Source of the DNA: Salpingoeca rosetta
Taxonomy: Eukaryota > Protista > Choanoflagellata
Reading direction: 5' to 3'
NCBI GenBank assembly: GCA_033442325.1
Contig: JAWQFM010000008.1
Span: 1,596,287 to 1,660,286 of the forward strand
Length of the DNA: 64,000 nt
Positions 39,160 through 52,495 of the stretch are shown here, piece after piece. Within the stretch, counting starts at the first letter, position 1; the number at the start of each line of letters is the position of its first letter. The notes below the pieces were generated by a model. It was not told the DNA's origin. It did not search any database and was given only the letters and a program-made list of their open reading frames with translations. The position numbers were made by a program, and so were the translations under genes.

Positions 39160-42100
39160 ATGGCTGATGATGAGCTTGTGGTGCACGCGCACCGGCACAT
39201 GGACGGCACGTTCTTGTGCAACCTGAACTTGAGCAAGCAGCAGCTCGCCAAGCTGCGGCAATCGCCACCAACCAGCAGCAACACCACCAAGACCAGCAGC
39301 AGCACCAACAGCAGTGGTACTAGCGTGGCATCGTCGTCACGGCCACCGTTTGTCGTTGTGCTGGACCGCTCTGGGTCCATGCACGGCGAAGTGAAGCGAA
39401 TCGTCACCAAGCTGCTGCCCGACATCCTGGAGCGCCTTTCATACACTTGGGCGACGGTGATCGCCTTCGACACCACGACCGCCGTGATGCCAGAGATGAC
39501 GGTGGAGCGAATGCGCGTTTCTCCCCTGCGCGCACAGGGCTGCACCAACTTCAAACCAGCGACAATGGCGCTGCTGGACGTGCTGCGGCAGAGCAAAGAC
39601 CAGCGCATCCGCGTGCTCACCATCTCGGACGGCATGATGAGCGACCGCGACGCTGCGGCAATCTACGCCAGCCAACACGCCGCAGACGTGAAGCAGGGCC
39701 GCGTCATCAACAGCAAGGCCATCCGCTACTTCACCTCCTCGCAGCAGCCAGACACGCGCGGCCTCTCCGCTGTGCTGCAGTTCAACACCGGCGGCACGGC
39801 GTCCCTGATCGACTTTGACGCAAGGACCGGCTCGAACAGCGACTTTGTGGACATGGTGGTCGGCCTGTTTCAGGATGACGGCATGGACGCGACCATGGAG
39901 CTCCAGTGCGACGACGGCAGCCCCATCTTCAAGCGCATGCCCTGGGACGAGCCACAAGCCTCCATGCTGCTCACCCTGCCTTCCTCAGACCAGCACAAGA
40001 AACCCAAGCAGAAGAAGAGCAAGCAGCCGCAAGCGCATGCGGCCGACGAGGGCAACGATGGGGACGTGGCGTACACGTGCTCGTTCTGGCTGAGCGCCCT
40101 CCCTTCAGCATCAGCGCCGCTGCGCATCGCCGCGAGCGCAGACACGCGTGTCGTCATCAAGGAAGCTGACCCCATCACGCCAGACACCTTTGACAGGTGG
40201 ATGGCGCCCGTGATCGACCAGGCCATGGCGCACATCCGCGTGCTCAAGGTGCTCGACACCACGCAGGCGCAGCAGGAGGTGCAGACAATCGCCGCGTACT
40301 TTGACCAGCTGCAATCCACGCTCACCGCCATCGCCACCAGGAAGCAGCAGCAGCAAGAGGAGGAGGAAGCTGCGGCACAGGCTGCCAACGGCGCCAGCAC
40401 CACAACAACAGCAACGACAGCGTCGTCGCCTTCCACGATGATGCGGCTGCGGCAGCTGAAGCGGCAGATTGAGCAGCGCAAGAAGTCGCTTGTAAACCGC
40501 CTGCTTGAGCTGGCAAACGACGAGCGGGTGTCGCAGCTCAACGCCGCACAGCAGGCCGCGTACCTGCGGGAGACCGACGCCTCCAAGAACGCACGCGGCC
40601 TTGCCCGCCGCGCAGCAAAGGGCCCAACCGGTGATGAGATGACGCGGGCCGTGCGCGAGGAAATTGCAGCCATTGCCAGCAGCATTCACGAGCTGGACGC
40701 GGTGGACGACAGCACACACGCCGTGTCGTTCATCTCGCAGGAGACAACCGTGGGTGCGCTACGTGACCTGGCAGCCTTCTTCAAGGCTGATGGCGATGGT
40801 GATGGTGATGATGATGATGACGGCAGCGGTGTTTTGCATGAGATGGCGGTTCCCGAGCTGCTGCGTGCCGTTGGCATCGTCGGCATGGCCTGCAAAGGCC
40901 AGGTTGGCGACTACCCAGATCCGATGACGTGGCGCGTGGACAACATCTACCCCGGCTGCTTCATCACCGTCGCCGACATGACCGAGCACGAGCTGTTTGC
41001 TGCCGCCAACAGCGGCGGTAGCGGCATCGGCGGCTCACCGTTGGGCGACGCAGCGCGCCTGCGCGTGCCTGGTGGCGTGGACCAGGAGACGTCCTTCATC
41101 ACCAATGTCATCCCCGTGTTTGAGGACGTGCGCGTGCACCACTTCCTGCGCCGCCACGCCGCCACGCTGCTGGAGCTGATTTCCGGCGTGGGCATGCGGC
41201 GCATGATTGCAGTCGTGCCCATGACACACGCCTTCACGCTTGCGGCCGGCACGTGGGCGTGCGTGGACGCGCTGGCAGCGGCACCGTCGCCGGCAGAGCG
41301 GCCCGAGGTGCTGGTGCGCGCGTGCACGGCGACGCTGCGTGACCTGGACATTGCCTTTGGCAAGTACTTCCAGCACGTGTTTCCGTTTCTGCAGCGGCCG
41401 GACACGCAGCCGCAGGACCGCAGCTTCTACCTGTGCAACAACGGCCTGACCAACATGCTCACCGTGCTGTACCGCGCGGAGCGGCTGAAGTGGCCCTACC
41501 CGCGCCCGCGCGTGCTTCGCGCCATCTACAACTACGAGTGCTACCAGTTTACAAAGAAGGCCATTGCCAAGCACCTTGACGCGCGCCAGGAGTTTATTGA
41601 CGGCACGCTGCACGCCCTGTTCAACCTCGACTACGACCGTGACTGCTGTGCCGTCGGCGCTCCCTTTGAGGACACGCCGGCGTTCGCGTGCGCATATGCG
41701 GTGGGGGCGCCCGACGCTGCCACGCTGGGCCCGTTTGCCCGCACCTTCCGCTTTGTGGAGGGCATGGTGCTGCTGCCACCGCTCATGAAACTCGTCGTCG
41801 ACCATCACCACCACCACCAGCAGCAACAGCAGCAGCAGCAACAGCACAGTGGTGACGGCGGGATGGCTGCGCTGGTGGACGCGGTGCGATCTCTGCCGCA
41901 CGTGGACGAGGCGTTCAAGCACACCTCCTTTGGCCTGGCTGCGGACCTGCCACTGGACGTGTTCCGCGCCGTGCAGCTGGCGCAGGGCCTGCTGTGCCCG
42001 CGCAAGGACCTGCGGGTGGACGACGAGGCAGAGCTGATGCGGCTGCCTGATGTGCACGACAGGGCCGGCGCCGCCGCGTATGTGCTGGAGCAGGTGGTGC

Positions 42101-42714
42101 TGCCCCTCTATGAGCGCGAGTACAACCGCCGCGTGGACGCCAAGCGCGCAGCGGAGGAGGCGGAGGCCGTGGCGGCGCTGGTGGACGCCCTTGTCCAGTG
42201 CGAGAGCGAGGACGCGTTTGTGGCCATAATGCAAGACGGTTACACGCACCGCGGCACGCACGTGCGCATGGACAACCCGTCCTCTGCTGGGGTGGATGCG
42301 CTGATGGCTGGGCTGGCAGCAGAGGAGAAGAGCGTGCCCTGTCGCCTGCGCAAGATTGAGCTGCTGGTGCTCGCCGTCCGGGAGAAGAACAGCTCAGACG
42401 CGACCAGCAGTGATGGTGCTGATGTGGAGGTGGTGTGGAACCGGGGCAACGTGCTGCGGCTGGATCTGTCGGTGTTTGCAGCGGTGTATGTGCGGGCGGG
42501 CGAGGTGGCGGCGTGGGCTGCGATCAAGGCCGAGCACAAGAAGCGTGCCATCCACCTCTACCGCGAGGCCGCCAACCGTCACGGCCACAGCAACGCGCTG
42601 CCGTCGTATTGGGCACTCGGGTACGCCACGCTCGATGCCATGCGTGCGGCCGTGTCGGCAGAGGAGTACCAGGAGTACTGCTCAAAGCACACACGGTGCT
42701 GCGGGTTTGCGTAA
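39160..42714 (+). CDS. Intronless vWA-domain protein, ~1184 aa
   Basis: MIDAS motif VVVLDRSGSM..GCTNF..LTISDG followed by a long uncharacterised region. One continuous ORF with coding-like GC3 bias. Confidence 0.9.
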   Translation: MADDELVVHAHRHMDGTFLCNLNLSKQQLAKLRQSPPTSSNTTKTSSSTNSSGTSVASSSRPPFVVVLDRSGSMHGEVKRIVTKLLPDILERLSYTWATVIAFDTTTAVMPEMTVERMRVSPLRAQGCTNFKPATMALLDVLRQSKDQRIRVLTISDGMMSDRDAAAIYASQHAADVKQGRVINSKAIRYFTSSQQPDTRGLSAVLQFNTGGTASLIDFDARTGSNSDFVDMVVGLFQDDGMDATMELQCDDGSPIFKRMPWDEPQASMLLTLPSSDQHKKPKQKKSKQPQAHAADEGNDGDVAYTCSFWLSALPSASAPLRIAASADTRVVIKEADPITPDTFDRWMAPVIDQAMAHIRVLKVLDTTQAQQEVQTIAAYFDQLQSTLTAIATRKQQQQEEEEAAAQAANGASTTTTATTASSPSTMMRLRQLKRQIEQRKKSLVNRLLELANDERVSQLNAAQQAAYLRETDASKNARGLARRAAKGPTGDEMTRAVREEIAAIASSIHELDAVDDSTHAVSFISQETTVGALRDLAAFFKADGDGDGDDDDDGSGVLHEMAVPELLRAVGIVGMACKGQVGDYPDPMTWRVDNIYPGCFITVADMTEHELFAAANSGGSGIGGSPLGDAARLRVPGGVDQETSFITNVIPVFEDVRVHHFLRRHAATLLELISGVGMRRMIAVVPMTHAFTLAAGTWACVDALAAAPSPAERPEVLVRACTATLRDLDIAFGKYFQHVFPFLQRPDTQPQDRSFYLCNNGLTNMLTVLYRAERLKWPYPRPRVLRAIYNYECYQFTKKAIAKHLDARQEFIDGTLHALFNLDYDRDCCAVGAPFEDTPAFACAYAVGAPDAATLGPFARTFRFVEGMVLLPPLMKLVVDHHHHHQQQQQQQQQHSGDGGMAALVDAVRSLPHVDEAFKHTSFGLAADLPLDVFRAVQLAQGLLCPRKDLRVDDEAELMRLPDVHDRAGAAAYVLEQVVLPLYEREYNRRVDAKRAAEEAEAVAALVDALVQCESEDAFVAIMQDGYTHRGTHVRMDNPSSAGVDALMAGLAAEEKSVPCRLRKIELLVLAVREKNSSDATSSDGADVEVVWNRGNVLRLDLSVFAAVYVRAGEVAAWAAIKAEHKKRAIHLYREAANRHGHSNALPSYWALGYATLDAMRAAVSAEEYQEYCSKHTRCCGFA

Positions 42715-42736
42715 ATGACGCGTGGGTGTTGTGGGT

Positions 42737-42790
<54 letters not shown>

Positions 42791-43134
42791 GATATGAGAG
42801 TGCGAGTGATGGAGTTCGCCATGATATGAGAGTGCGAGTGATGGAGTGCGCCATGACATGAGAGTGCGATTGTTAGTGTACGCCTTGCATCGCTTTGCTG
42901 TCCTTCTCCAGCTTGTTTTGCTGATGTGTTGACTTGACTTGACTTTTTGCTATGTGACATTATCATCCTATGAATGAAGAAATGAACACACACACACACT
43001 CTCTCTCAGTTACATGCCACGATGAACAGCAACAACAACAACCACAACCGCGTCTGCCGGTGTGATGAACGAGAGCAGTGCCAAACCCACACCACAAAAA
43101 CAAGCAACAACAACAACAACAACAACAAACGACA

Positions 43135-43799
43135 TCATGTGGTTGCACGCGCCTTTCTGTTCCGAACTGCGTCACGTTGCCCTTTGCTCTCGCCTCCCTT
43201 CTTGTTCGTGCTCTGCTTGGTGTCTTCCTGATTGTTCTCCTTCTTCTCATCTCCTTTGCCTTGCTCTTGACTTGCACGCGCCTGCGCCTTGATCCGTTGC
43301 ACCTGCACGTCCTTCAACAGCGACGCAGCGCTCAGCAGCCACCCAACCTGCCACGCGTGCAGTGTACACGTTGTTGGGGATGTGTGTGTGTGTGTGTGTT
43401 GGTTTGTGTGAGTAGACAGGCATACGTTCAATCTAGACAGCTTTCCCCCGCTGTGCCCAACGCACACACATGCACACATGCACACACATGCACACACATG
43501 CACGCACATGCACACACATGCACACATGCACACACATGCACACACACAGACACACACACACGCACGCACCGTGAGCAGCATTGTGTTGAGGAGGATGGGC
43601 AGCGAGATCACCACGGAGAAAAACATGCCATGCGAGTCAAAGTACTGGTGGCGCGAAAACTCCCTTCGTTGTGCGGGTGAGAGGGATGATCGTGGAAAAC
43701 GTGCGCGTTGAGTTGGTGCGGCATGGAATGGAATGGGTGCTCGAAGAGTTGGTGCGGTGACCGCGAAATGAACGCAGGCACAGCACACACACACACATG

Positions 43800-43838
<39 letters not shown>

Positions 43839-44122
43839 TCACTCGCTCACTCACACACACCCTCTCTCACACACACGCGTACTGACTCATTTACTCACAT
43901 GCATGCACACACGCATGCACGTACACTCACGCACTCGCTATACGCCTTACCTCCAATGCAACGCCGCCAACTCATTGAGTGTTTCGCCCAAGTACACGAC
44001 GCCCACTGCAAATCGTGAAACAGCACACCATGACATCACAAACCGTCAGCTACCGACTGCGCGCACAAGGGCATGGAAACCGAGCACGTATGCACAGAAC
44101 TCACGCACGCACACACACACAC

Positions 44123-44188
<66 letters not shown>

Positions 44189-44676
44189 GCACGCACTGTG
44201 ACTACGCACGGAGGGATGCGCCCAAAATGCACTGCAAGGTGAGGTAACCCTTGGTGCTGATGATCAGCAGAAGCGTGATCAGGTGGAAGACGCAGACGAA
44301 CACAATAAACGGCTCTGTCCATTCAATCTGCATATAAGCAAAATCAAGAAAGAGGAGTGAGCGGCGACAAAACAACGACGGCGGCAAATGGGGAAGGGTG
44401 CGGGTGAGGGGAGAAAGCGAGTACATGCGCCAAACCGTTCTCAAAGTGCATTGGCCGCTGCCACAACAAACAACCAAACAGTCGGAAAGACATGCCCTGT
44501 GCACCTGTGCACCTGTGCACTGGCACCAGCACCAGCACCAACACCAACGGCATTCATGTAAACACCACGATCACCTGAGAGAAGAAGCCATGCCAGAACT
44601 TCCACGAGTTCATGTCTGAGCCACCTTCAACTGGCACAGCGGGCTTGAACTCGCCCCACTCCCCCAACAAGTCCAT
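43135..44676 (-). CDS. TMEM18: Transmembrane protein 18, 5 exons
   Basis: IEWTEPFIVFVCVFHL, VYLGETLNELAALHWR|EFSRHQYFDSHGMFFSVVISLPILLN. Confidence 0.9.
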
Positions 44677-44765
44677 CGTGGCACAGAGAGACTGTGTGTG
44701 TGTGTATGTGTGTGTGTATGTATGTGTGTGTATGTATGTGTGGGTGTGTGTGTGTCTGCTCTGTC

Positions 44766-44810
<45 letters not shown>

Positions 44811-44974
44811 CTGAAGTGCTTTGTCAGCAACGTCCGCCGATCGTCGAAATTTAGTGAAAATGCCAATCAATCCTCCACAATGACGACAGCGAACGCCAAC
44901 AACCAGCTCTCGTGGCCAATATGTTTAAAGCGGGAAACGAAAAGCTGGGGATGGACTAGTTGGCAAAGGTAACG

Positions 44975-44981
44975 AGAGAGA

Positions 44982-45060
<79 letters not shown>
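44975..45060. repeat. (GA)n microsatellite
   Basis: Direct reading. Confidence 0.95.
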
Positions 45061-45064
<4 letters not shown>

Positions 45065-45195
45065 AACGTGGGAAGGGAGGGAGGAGGGGATGTACGTATG
45101 CACACATACACACATACACACATGCACACACATACAACACAAGCAACGCATTCGAGAGCAATGACATCAAGGAAGCAGTGTAACAGCTGGAGGTG

Positions 45196-46587
45196 TCAGA
45201 ATCGTTGTGGCGCATCCTCTGCTTGCGCCTCCATTTGATCAAAGTCGAGGTCCGCATACTTGGTTTGATGGCTCTTGCCCCTGTGTATATGTATGAATGT
45301 GTGTGTGTGTGCATGTGTGTGCATGTGTGTGTGTGTGTTTGTGGTCAGAAAGTGGCGGAGGACAGTTTTCAGCCCCCGCACCCTCACCATGCAAACCACA
45401 AGCAGCACGCGTGAAGCAAACAACAAAGGACCACAAACACGCACACGCGCGCGCGCGTGCACAACAGACTTTGATTGCGGAATCTTGAACTTGGCTGTGC
45501 TGCTGAGGTCGAGTTGTGCATATGCGACGTTGCGGTTCGGTGCGGCAGAGCGGTCCTTTGAAGGTGTTGGTGTTGGCGTCGTGCTGTTCGACTCAATCTT
45601 CACCCCAGCATAGTCGCTCTATCCACGATCAAGCACATGTGTACGCGTGTATGCGTGAGACAGACAGACAGACGGATAGAGAATGCGCGCGAGCGTTGGT
45701 ATGTGTGCGTGAGTGTAGGTAAACACACAACACCCCTCCTTCAACCCCCACCCCCATCTTCCACTGCTACTGCTCACCTTTGAAACTTCGCCACCGCGAT
45801 CCGTGTCTGGTGGCGGTGTGCTGTGCTGCTGTGTTTGGTTGATGTGGTGGTCCACGATGCGAAACAGTAGTTTCGCCTGCATGTGCACGGCGAGCACAGC
45901 CCAGGTGATGGCACATGGTGCGGCAGGTGTCAGCGAGCATTTGCACAGACCATTGATGCTCGCAATCTCATGCAAGACACACACACACGCACACGCACAC
46001 ACACATACACACACACGCATGCACGCACGCACGCACACACACACACATACACACACGCACAAGCACTGACCTTTGGGGTTGAGACGGCCCAGATACCAGG
46101 CCCGTCCGTACAGCGCCTACCGGCCTCGAAGGAAAAATACTTCTTGTCGTAACCAAACCGCCTCAAGTACCGCAACTCCCACTTGGCTTTTCCATCCACG
46201 CCTGCGCGGGAGATTGAAGGGCGGTCAGACAGACACGCGGTGAGCGGCAATGCTTCAAACGCGCACATTGGCGCGACCTACTTGCACCCGTTTGAAGCAT
46301 CGCACGATGTGCGAGCATCATTGTACCACACAACTACTCAAAAAGTACACAAACACGCATACGGCCACACACATGCACAATCATACACACCATGCTGTTG
46401 GAGCTCCATGTACTCGGGCGTGACAAGGAGGTCACCACGGCCAATTTCCTTTTCTTGTGCATCCAGAATGACCACAGAGAATGTCTTTGTTTCGGGCTGA
46501 CCAAATCACGCACGTGTAACCAAGACACCATGTCGTGAGGGCACATGAGGCACGAGACGAGCAAACTCACAACGCACATGGTCGCAC

Positions 46588-46626
<39 letters not shown>

Positions 46627-46701
46627 CACACGCACACACATATACACACACCCTGGTCTTACCAATGGCTCATTTGCCAGACAACCAAGTGCTGCACCCA
46701 T
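45196..46701 (-). CDS. FRS2/DOK-like IRS-type PTB domain adaptor
   Basis: MGAALGCL N-terminus; FSVVILD..GDLLVT; WELRYLRRFGYDKKYFSFEAGRRCTDGPGIW (IRS-PTB signature); tail motifs VAYAQL and KYADL. Confidence 0.85.
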
Positions 46702-46886
46702 GTTGTGCTGTCGTAGCTGTGAATGTGAAGGGTGTTTGTCGCTGTCGCGATCGCGGTTTGTCACACGGATAAGGGAGTTGGGCCGAGCCGGAAGAAAAAG
46801 GGAGTGTGTCAAGGACACGCACGCACACCAAACAATTAGGTTGATAAAATGAGCTGAGCACAGCGCCACTTGCTTCCTGAGCCAGT

Positions 46887-46917
<31 letters not shown>

Positions 46918-47617
46918 AGGGAGGTGGAGAGGGAAAGTTTGGGTTGGCTGCTGTCGATCATGTATGAGCGATTGCGGCAATGCAGGACTGCAGGTAGGCT
47001 GTTGAGGGCGGGAAAGGCGGCTTCGCCAGGATGGTCTCCTGTGCGACAAATCGGCACTGCAGCTTGTTCTTCTAAGTCGGTGGCGTCGGTGGCGTCGATG
47101 TTGTGAGGTGAAATGTGAGACACCACACTCGGATTCCTGGAATGGAAGCTCGCGACTTACGAGGCGGTGATGTTGAGAGTGCGCCAGCAAAGCACACACT
47201 TCAAGCAAGCAAGCAAGAGTGCGAAGGGAAAAACAAACCCCAAAGTCGCAGAAAATTATTGACATCATTAGGGAATCATCGTGCCTAAACCATGACGAGG
47301 CAGCATGCTTGCGTTTGGATGGGTTGTTGTGTGCTTTGTGGCGTGCTCTGCATTGTGTGGGACACCTTTGTGTGAAACACCTTTGTGTCTGAGGCTTTGG
47401 TGCGTTTGGATTGTGGGTGGGTGTGCAAGAGCTGCGAGTAGTTGCATGGTGGATGGGGTTTTTGAAAGTTTCCTTCGAAACAGCAACGAAGCGATGATAC
47501 ACGCATGAATGGAGGAAGCACAGACTGAATGGAAACAAACGTGCGTGTGTTTGTGTGTTTGTGCGTGAAGAACGTTTGTGTGGAGATGGTGGCTGGACGT
47601 GCTTGGACACCACGCCA

Positions 47618-47879
47618 TCACGCTTCCTCCACAACACCTGCCCTGTGAATGACAATATCCTCCGTCGGCCTGTCAAACAGGGCAGTGGTGGTGGTGGTGG
47701 TGGTGGTGGTGCAGGCGTAAGGGGGCACGAAAGCAACGCGAATGTATGTTGGAGCATCAAGCGTACATTCGTTAGCAAGTCAGATCCATAGACGGGGCAT
47801 TCACAGACGCACGTATATTAACCGACGCATGCAGAAATGCATTCATTGCAAAGACATTACTGACACACGCACAATACAC

Positions 47880-47935
<56 letters not shown>

Positions 47936-48550
47936 NNNNNNNNNNNNNNNNNNNNNNNNNNNNNNNNNNNNNNNNNNNNNNNNNNNNNNNNNNNNNNNNN
48001 NNNNNNNNNNNNNNNNNNNNNNNNNNNNNNNNNNNGGTGGTATTTGCCTCTATCCCTGCCCGCACAGAGAGAGTTGGGGTGGGGGTCAGGCACGGGAACA
48101 GCAACGTCAACATAACAACAGTGGTTGGTGGTTGGCGGAGACATGGCTGGGAGGAGAACATGGATGGAAGGATGTACCTGAAATGGAACGCAGATCGTGC
48201 ATGCACAAAACCACACAAGCACACACAATCACGCAAACAAGCAAAGTTGCAAGCAAGCAGCACGCACCGTCAAGCCACTGCGCTGGGGCCAGGGTGACGA
48301 AGAATTGGCTTCCGTTTGTGTTGGGACCACTGCAGTAGGGAAGCAAAGGTTGCATGTGATGAGTGGGACGCAATGAAAGACAACAAGTGGCGACACACAC
48401 ACACACACACGCACGCAATTATAAGCATGTGCGCAATGCAGAACGTTCAGAGACTTGTACACATGAGCAGGACCTGTTTGCCATGGACAGGATGCCGGCG
48501 CCCGTGTGTTTGAGCTTGCGGTGGATCTCGTCCTCAAACTTGGCGCTGCA

Positions 48551-48620
<70 letters not shown>

Positions 48621-49078
48621 GTGGTCGTGCGGTACGATGTGAGCGCGCGTTGGTAAAGGACGACCTGAACGAAATGCAGCATGCTTTGTCGGCAGAAAGA
48701 AAGCACCCACAACACAGCACACACACGCGCGCGCACGCACACACACATGTACACACACACACACACACATGTACACGGACGGACACACCCGTAGATGGAA
48801 GCGCCGCCCCTGCCTGTGCCGGTTGGATCCCCGGTTTGTGCCATAAAATCCTGCACACATACGGTGGTGAGATGTTGGGAGGAAGCGAGGGAGGGAAGAA
48901 AGGGGTCACTGATGAGCTGTACTGAGACGCGCAACAAGTGTTGTTCGCACACACACTCACACACGCACGCAGGGGGATACAAGTCATACCGCAATCACGC
49001 GATGGAAGATGCAGTTGTTGTAGTAACCTCTCCTTGCCTGCAACATGGACGACGAGTCGAACGTTAGCAGGAAGCAGT

Positions 49079-49163
<85 letters not shown>

Positions 49164-49563
49164 TGGGTGTGTGGGTGTGGGTGTGGGTGTGTGGGTGTGT
49201 GGGTGTGTGTGTGTGTGTGGGTGTGGGTGTGGGTGTGTGATATGGAAACAAGAAAGGGTGTGGCTGACAAAAGAGGAGAGCACTCGCTCCTGCTCACAGA
49301 GACACACGCACAGCAGAACACAGAACATGCGCACACACATGCAGCACGAACACACTCCCACGCACCAGTTCTGCAAAGTTACGGCATGTCTTTGGGGCGT
49401 GATCCCAGTACAGCTCGCAGGTGAAGTTGCCCTGCGTGGTCATGATAATATGTGGTGTGCGCGAAAGCGATTAGCACAGCGATTGATTTGCAAAGGTGTT
49501 CTTTCACTGACACGTACATGGACAACAACCAGCAAGCACATGTCACCACCAAGCAGATGACAT

Positions 49564-49636
<73 letters not shown>

Positions 49637-49700
49637 CACGTACCATGGATGTGACAAACTCGACCTCGCGCGGTCGCCATGATGACGGTGGAATGGACAT
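47618..49700 (-). CDS. PPIL1: Cyclophilin-type PPIase, PPIL1 orthologue
   Basis: MSIPPSSWRP..ELYWDHAPKT..RRGYYN..GDPTGTGRGGASIYG..KHTGAGILSMAN..SQFFVTLAPAQWLDG. One exon probably lies in the gap at 47936-48035. Confidence 0.92.
47936..48035. other. Assembly gap
   Basis: Run of N. Confidence 1.
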
Positions 49701-49956
49701 GATATGCCTGTGTATGTGTCAAACAAGCAACACCACAACAGCGTCAGCATCAGCAGGAGAGGCAGGTAACACACGCACACATCACCATGCACACACATCA
49801 CCATGCACACACACACACATCACAACACCACACCACCACTGACCTGCTTTCTTTCTCTTCTTCTTCTTCTTCTTCGTGTCTTGTGCACAAAACCGGAAAA
49901 CAAGCAACAAGCAAGCAAGAAGCAGGCGAACGTTTACACACACAAGACACGACACG

Positions 49957-50471
49957 ATGGTGGGTGATGGTGGTGGCAGTGACACACTGCTGCGCATGCG
50001 CATGTGCGTGTGCGTGTGTTATGTGGAATGTGACGTGAAGCTGGTCTTGCCTTGGCGATATTTAGGAAGAGAGAGAGAGAGAGTGTGTGTGTGTGTGTGT
50101 GTGTGCCCTGCGCACTGGTGCGCGCTTCTCTCACGCCCTTGCCCTTGCGCACAACGATTCAACAACGCGTTCGCAGTCTGTAACGCTGCACACGGATCTT
50201 GGCGATATCAAGATTGAGATCTTCTGCGAGCGCGTGCCACGCTCAGCGGAGAACTTCCTCGCCCTCTGTGCGAGCGGGTACTACGACGGCACGCTCATCC
50301 ACAGGAACATCAAGGGGTTCATTGTACAGATGGGTGACCCCACGGGCACGGGCAAAGGCGGCGAGTCCATCTGGGGTGGCTACTTTCCAGACGAGTTTGA
50401 CATTACCCTCAAAGTGAGTTCAGGACATGTGTGTGTGTGCGACTGTGTGTGTGTGTGTGTGTGTGTGTGTG

Positions 50472-50513
<42 letters not shown>

Positions 50514-50531
50514 TGTGTGTGGGTGTGTGTG

Positions 50532-50604
<73 letters not shown>

Positions 50605-50612
50605 CGTCTCCT

Positions 50613-50687
<75 letters not shown>

Positions 50688-50922
50688 GCTTTGATTACAT
50701 GGCATGCAACGAACTGCTCATGGCTGATTCTCATCCACATGCACATGCTCACGCCCAATGTCAACGTGCGTCCCTCGCAGCACAATGCGCGCGGCATCGT
50801 GTCGATGGCAAACCAAGGGCCAGACACAAACGGGTCCCAGTTCTTCATCACATACGGCAAAGCACCCCATCTTGACCGCAAATACACCATCATCGGCCGG
50901 TGAGTCGTACACAAGATGCACG

Positions 50923-50957
<35 letters not shown>

Positions 50958-51233
50958 GTGCTGTGTGCTGTGTTTGCACGTACACCACCTCGCAGTACAT
51001 CTCTCTGCGTATTCTGCCCACCCTTGTCATTCTTCACATCCCAATTCATTGACGTCACCAACCACCGCCACTGCCCCCACCACGACTGCCGCAGGATGAT
51101 TGACGGGTTTGACACGCTGGAGGCGATTGAGAAGACGCCTGTCAAGGGGAAGAAGCATCGCCCCGAGATTGAGATTCGCATTCGCTCCGTCACTCTCCAC
51201 GCCAACCCCATTGCCGAGGACGCAGCGTCGTAA
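49957..51233 (+). CDS. PPIL3: Cyclophilin-type PPIase, PPIL3 orthologue
   Basis: M|[58 protein letters not shown]. Confidence 0.93.
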
Positions 51234-51270
51234 CACCCGACGTCGCCTGCTCTGTGTGTGTCCGTGTGTG

Positions 51271-51301
<31 letters not shown>

Positions 51302-51302
51302 G

Positions 51303-51333
<31 letters not shown>

Positions 51334-51819
51334 GTGTCTGTCTCTCTCTCTGTGTAGGTGTGTGTGTCTCTCAGTCTCTCTCTCTGTGTAGGTGTGTGTG
51401 TGTCTCTCTCTCTGTGTAGGTGTGTGCACGCGTTCGTCTTTTCACCCCTGTATGTACCTCAGCGTCTCGCTTTTTCTTTTCTCCCCCCTTGCCCTTCTTT
51501 CTTCAACCATGTGTCTGTATCAACATCCGCATGCTCACAGTTCCCACTCTCTGCAAACTAGCAGTTCGCTCGCGCGTGCGTGTGTGCGTGACAGGATAGG
51601 CTGTTCCTCTTCTTCACGTTGCATTCCATGCAGTGATTAAAACTTCTCCAGCGCATACGCGTTCATGTATTGGCGGGGTTGGTGCGTTCTCAAAGACAAA
51701 AAAAGAGTTGTGCATATTGATGTTGAAGAACAGTGGCTCACGTGCCACCACCACCACCACCACTGCAAACTACCATCCACCACCACCACCATGACGACGA
51801 CGACGACGACGACGATGCA

Positions 51820-52114
51820 TCAGCCGATGACGGGGATGTTGTCGTAGTTGTTGAAGACGCGGTTGATGCTCGTGCCGCCGAGCCCGCCAGGCCGGATCAT
51901 CACGTCGAACGCCTGGCATGCACACACATGTACACACACATCCGCGGGTGTTTACATAGGACATGGGCGTCAGCTACAACCAATCACCGATGTGTGTGCA
52001 CATGTGTGCATGTAAGGTCTGCTTCAACAACAACAACACCACCACCACTACAACCACAACGAACCACCAGCCACCCCCAAGTCTGCAAGAGCAGCTTGCA
52101 CCATCATCATCACC

Positions 52115-52145
<31 letters not shown>

Positions 52146-52464
52146 CCTGTTTGCCAATGGCGGATGCGGTGACGTCGTCTTCCTCCACATCGTCTGTCAG
52201 CACCAGTCCCTCCTTGTCCTCAGCGACGTGGATCTGCAATTCCAGCCCGCACATGTGACCAGAGGAGGGTGAGCAGCGAGGGGGGGGGGTTGAGTTGATG
52301 TGGCGGTGGCGTGGTGGTTGGTGGCAACGCCAAAGGCAAACCACAACCAGTGAGAGGGGGCGCACATAGACAAAGTAACAGAGACGTGGACAGAAAAAGA
52401 GTTTCACGCACACACACACACACACACGCACACACACGCACACACACACACACACGCACGCACG

Positions 52465-52495
<31 letters not shown>

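Noticed and set aside
42790-42870. ~32-bp repeat x2.5 after the vWA gene
   Set aside because: A simple local tandem duplication in a probable 3' UTR with no further signal.
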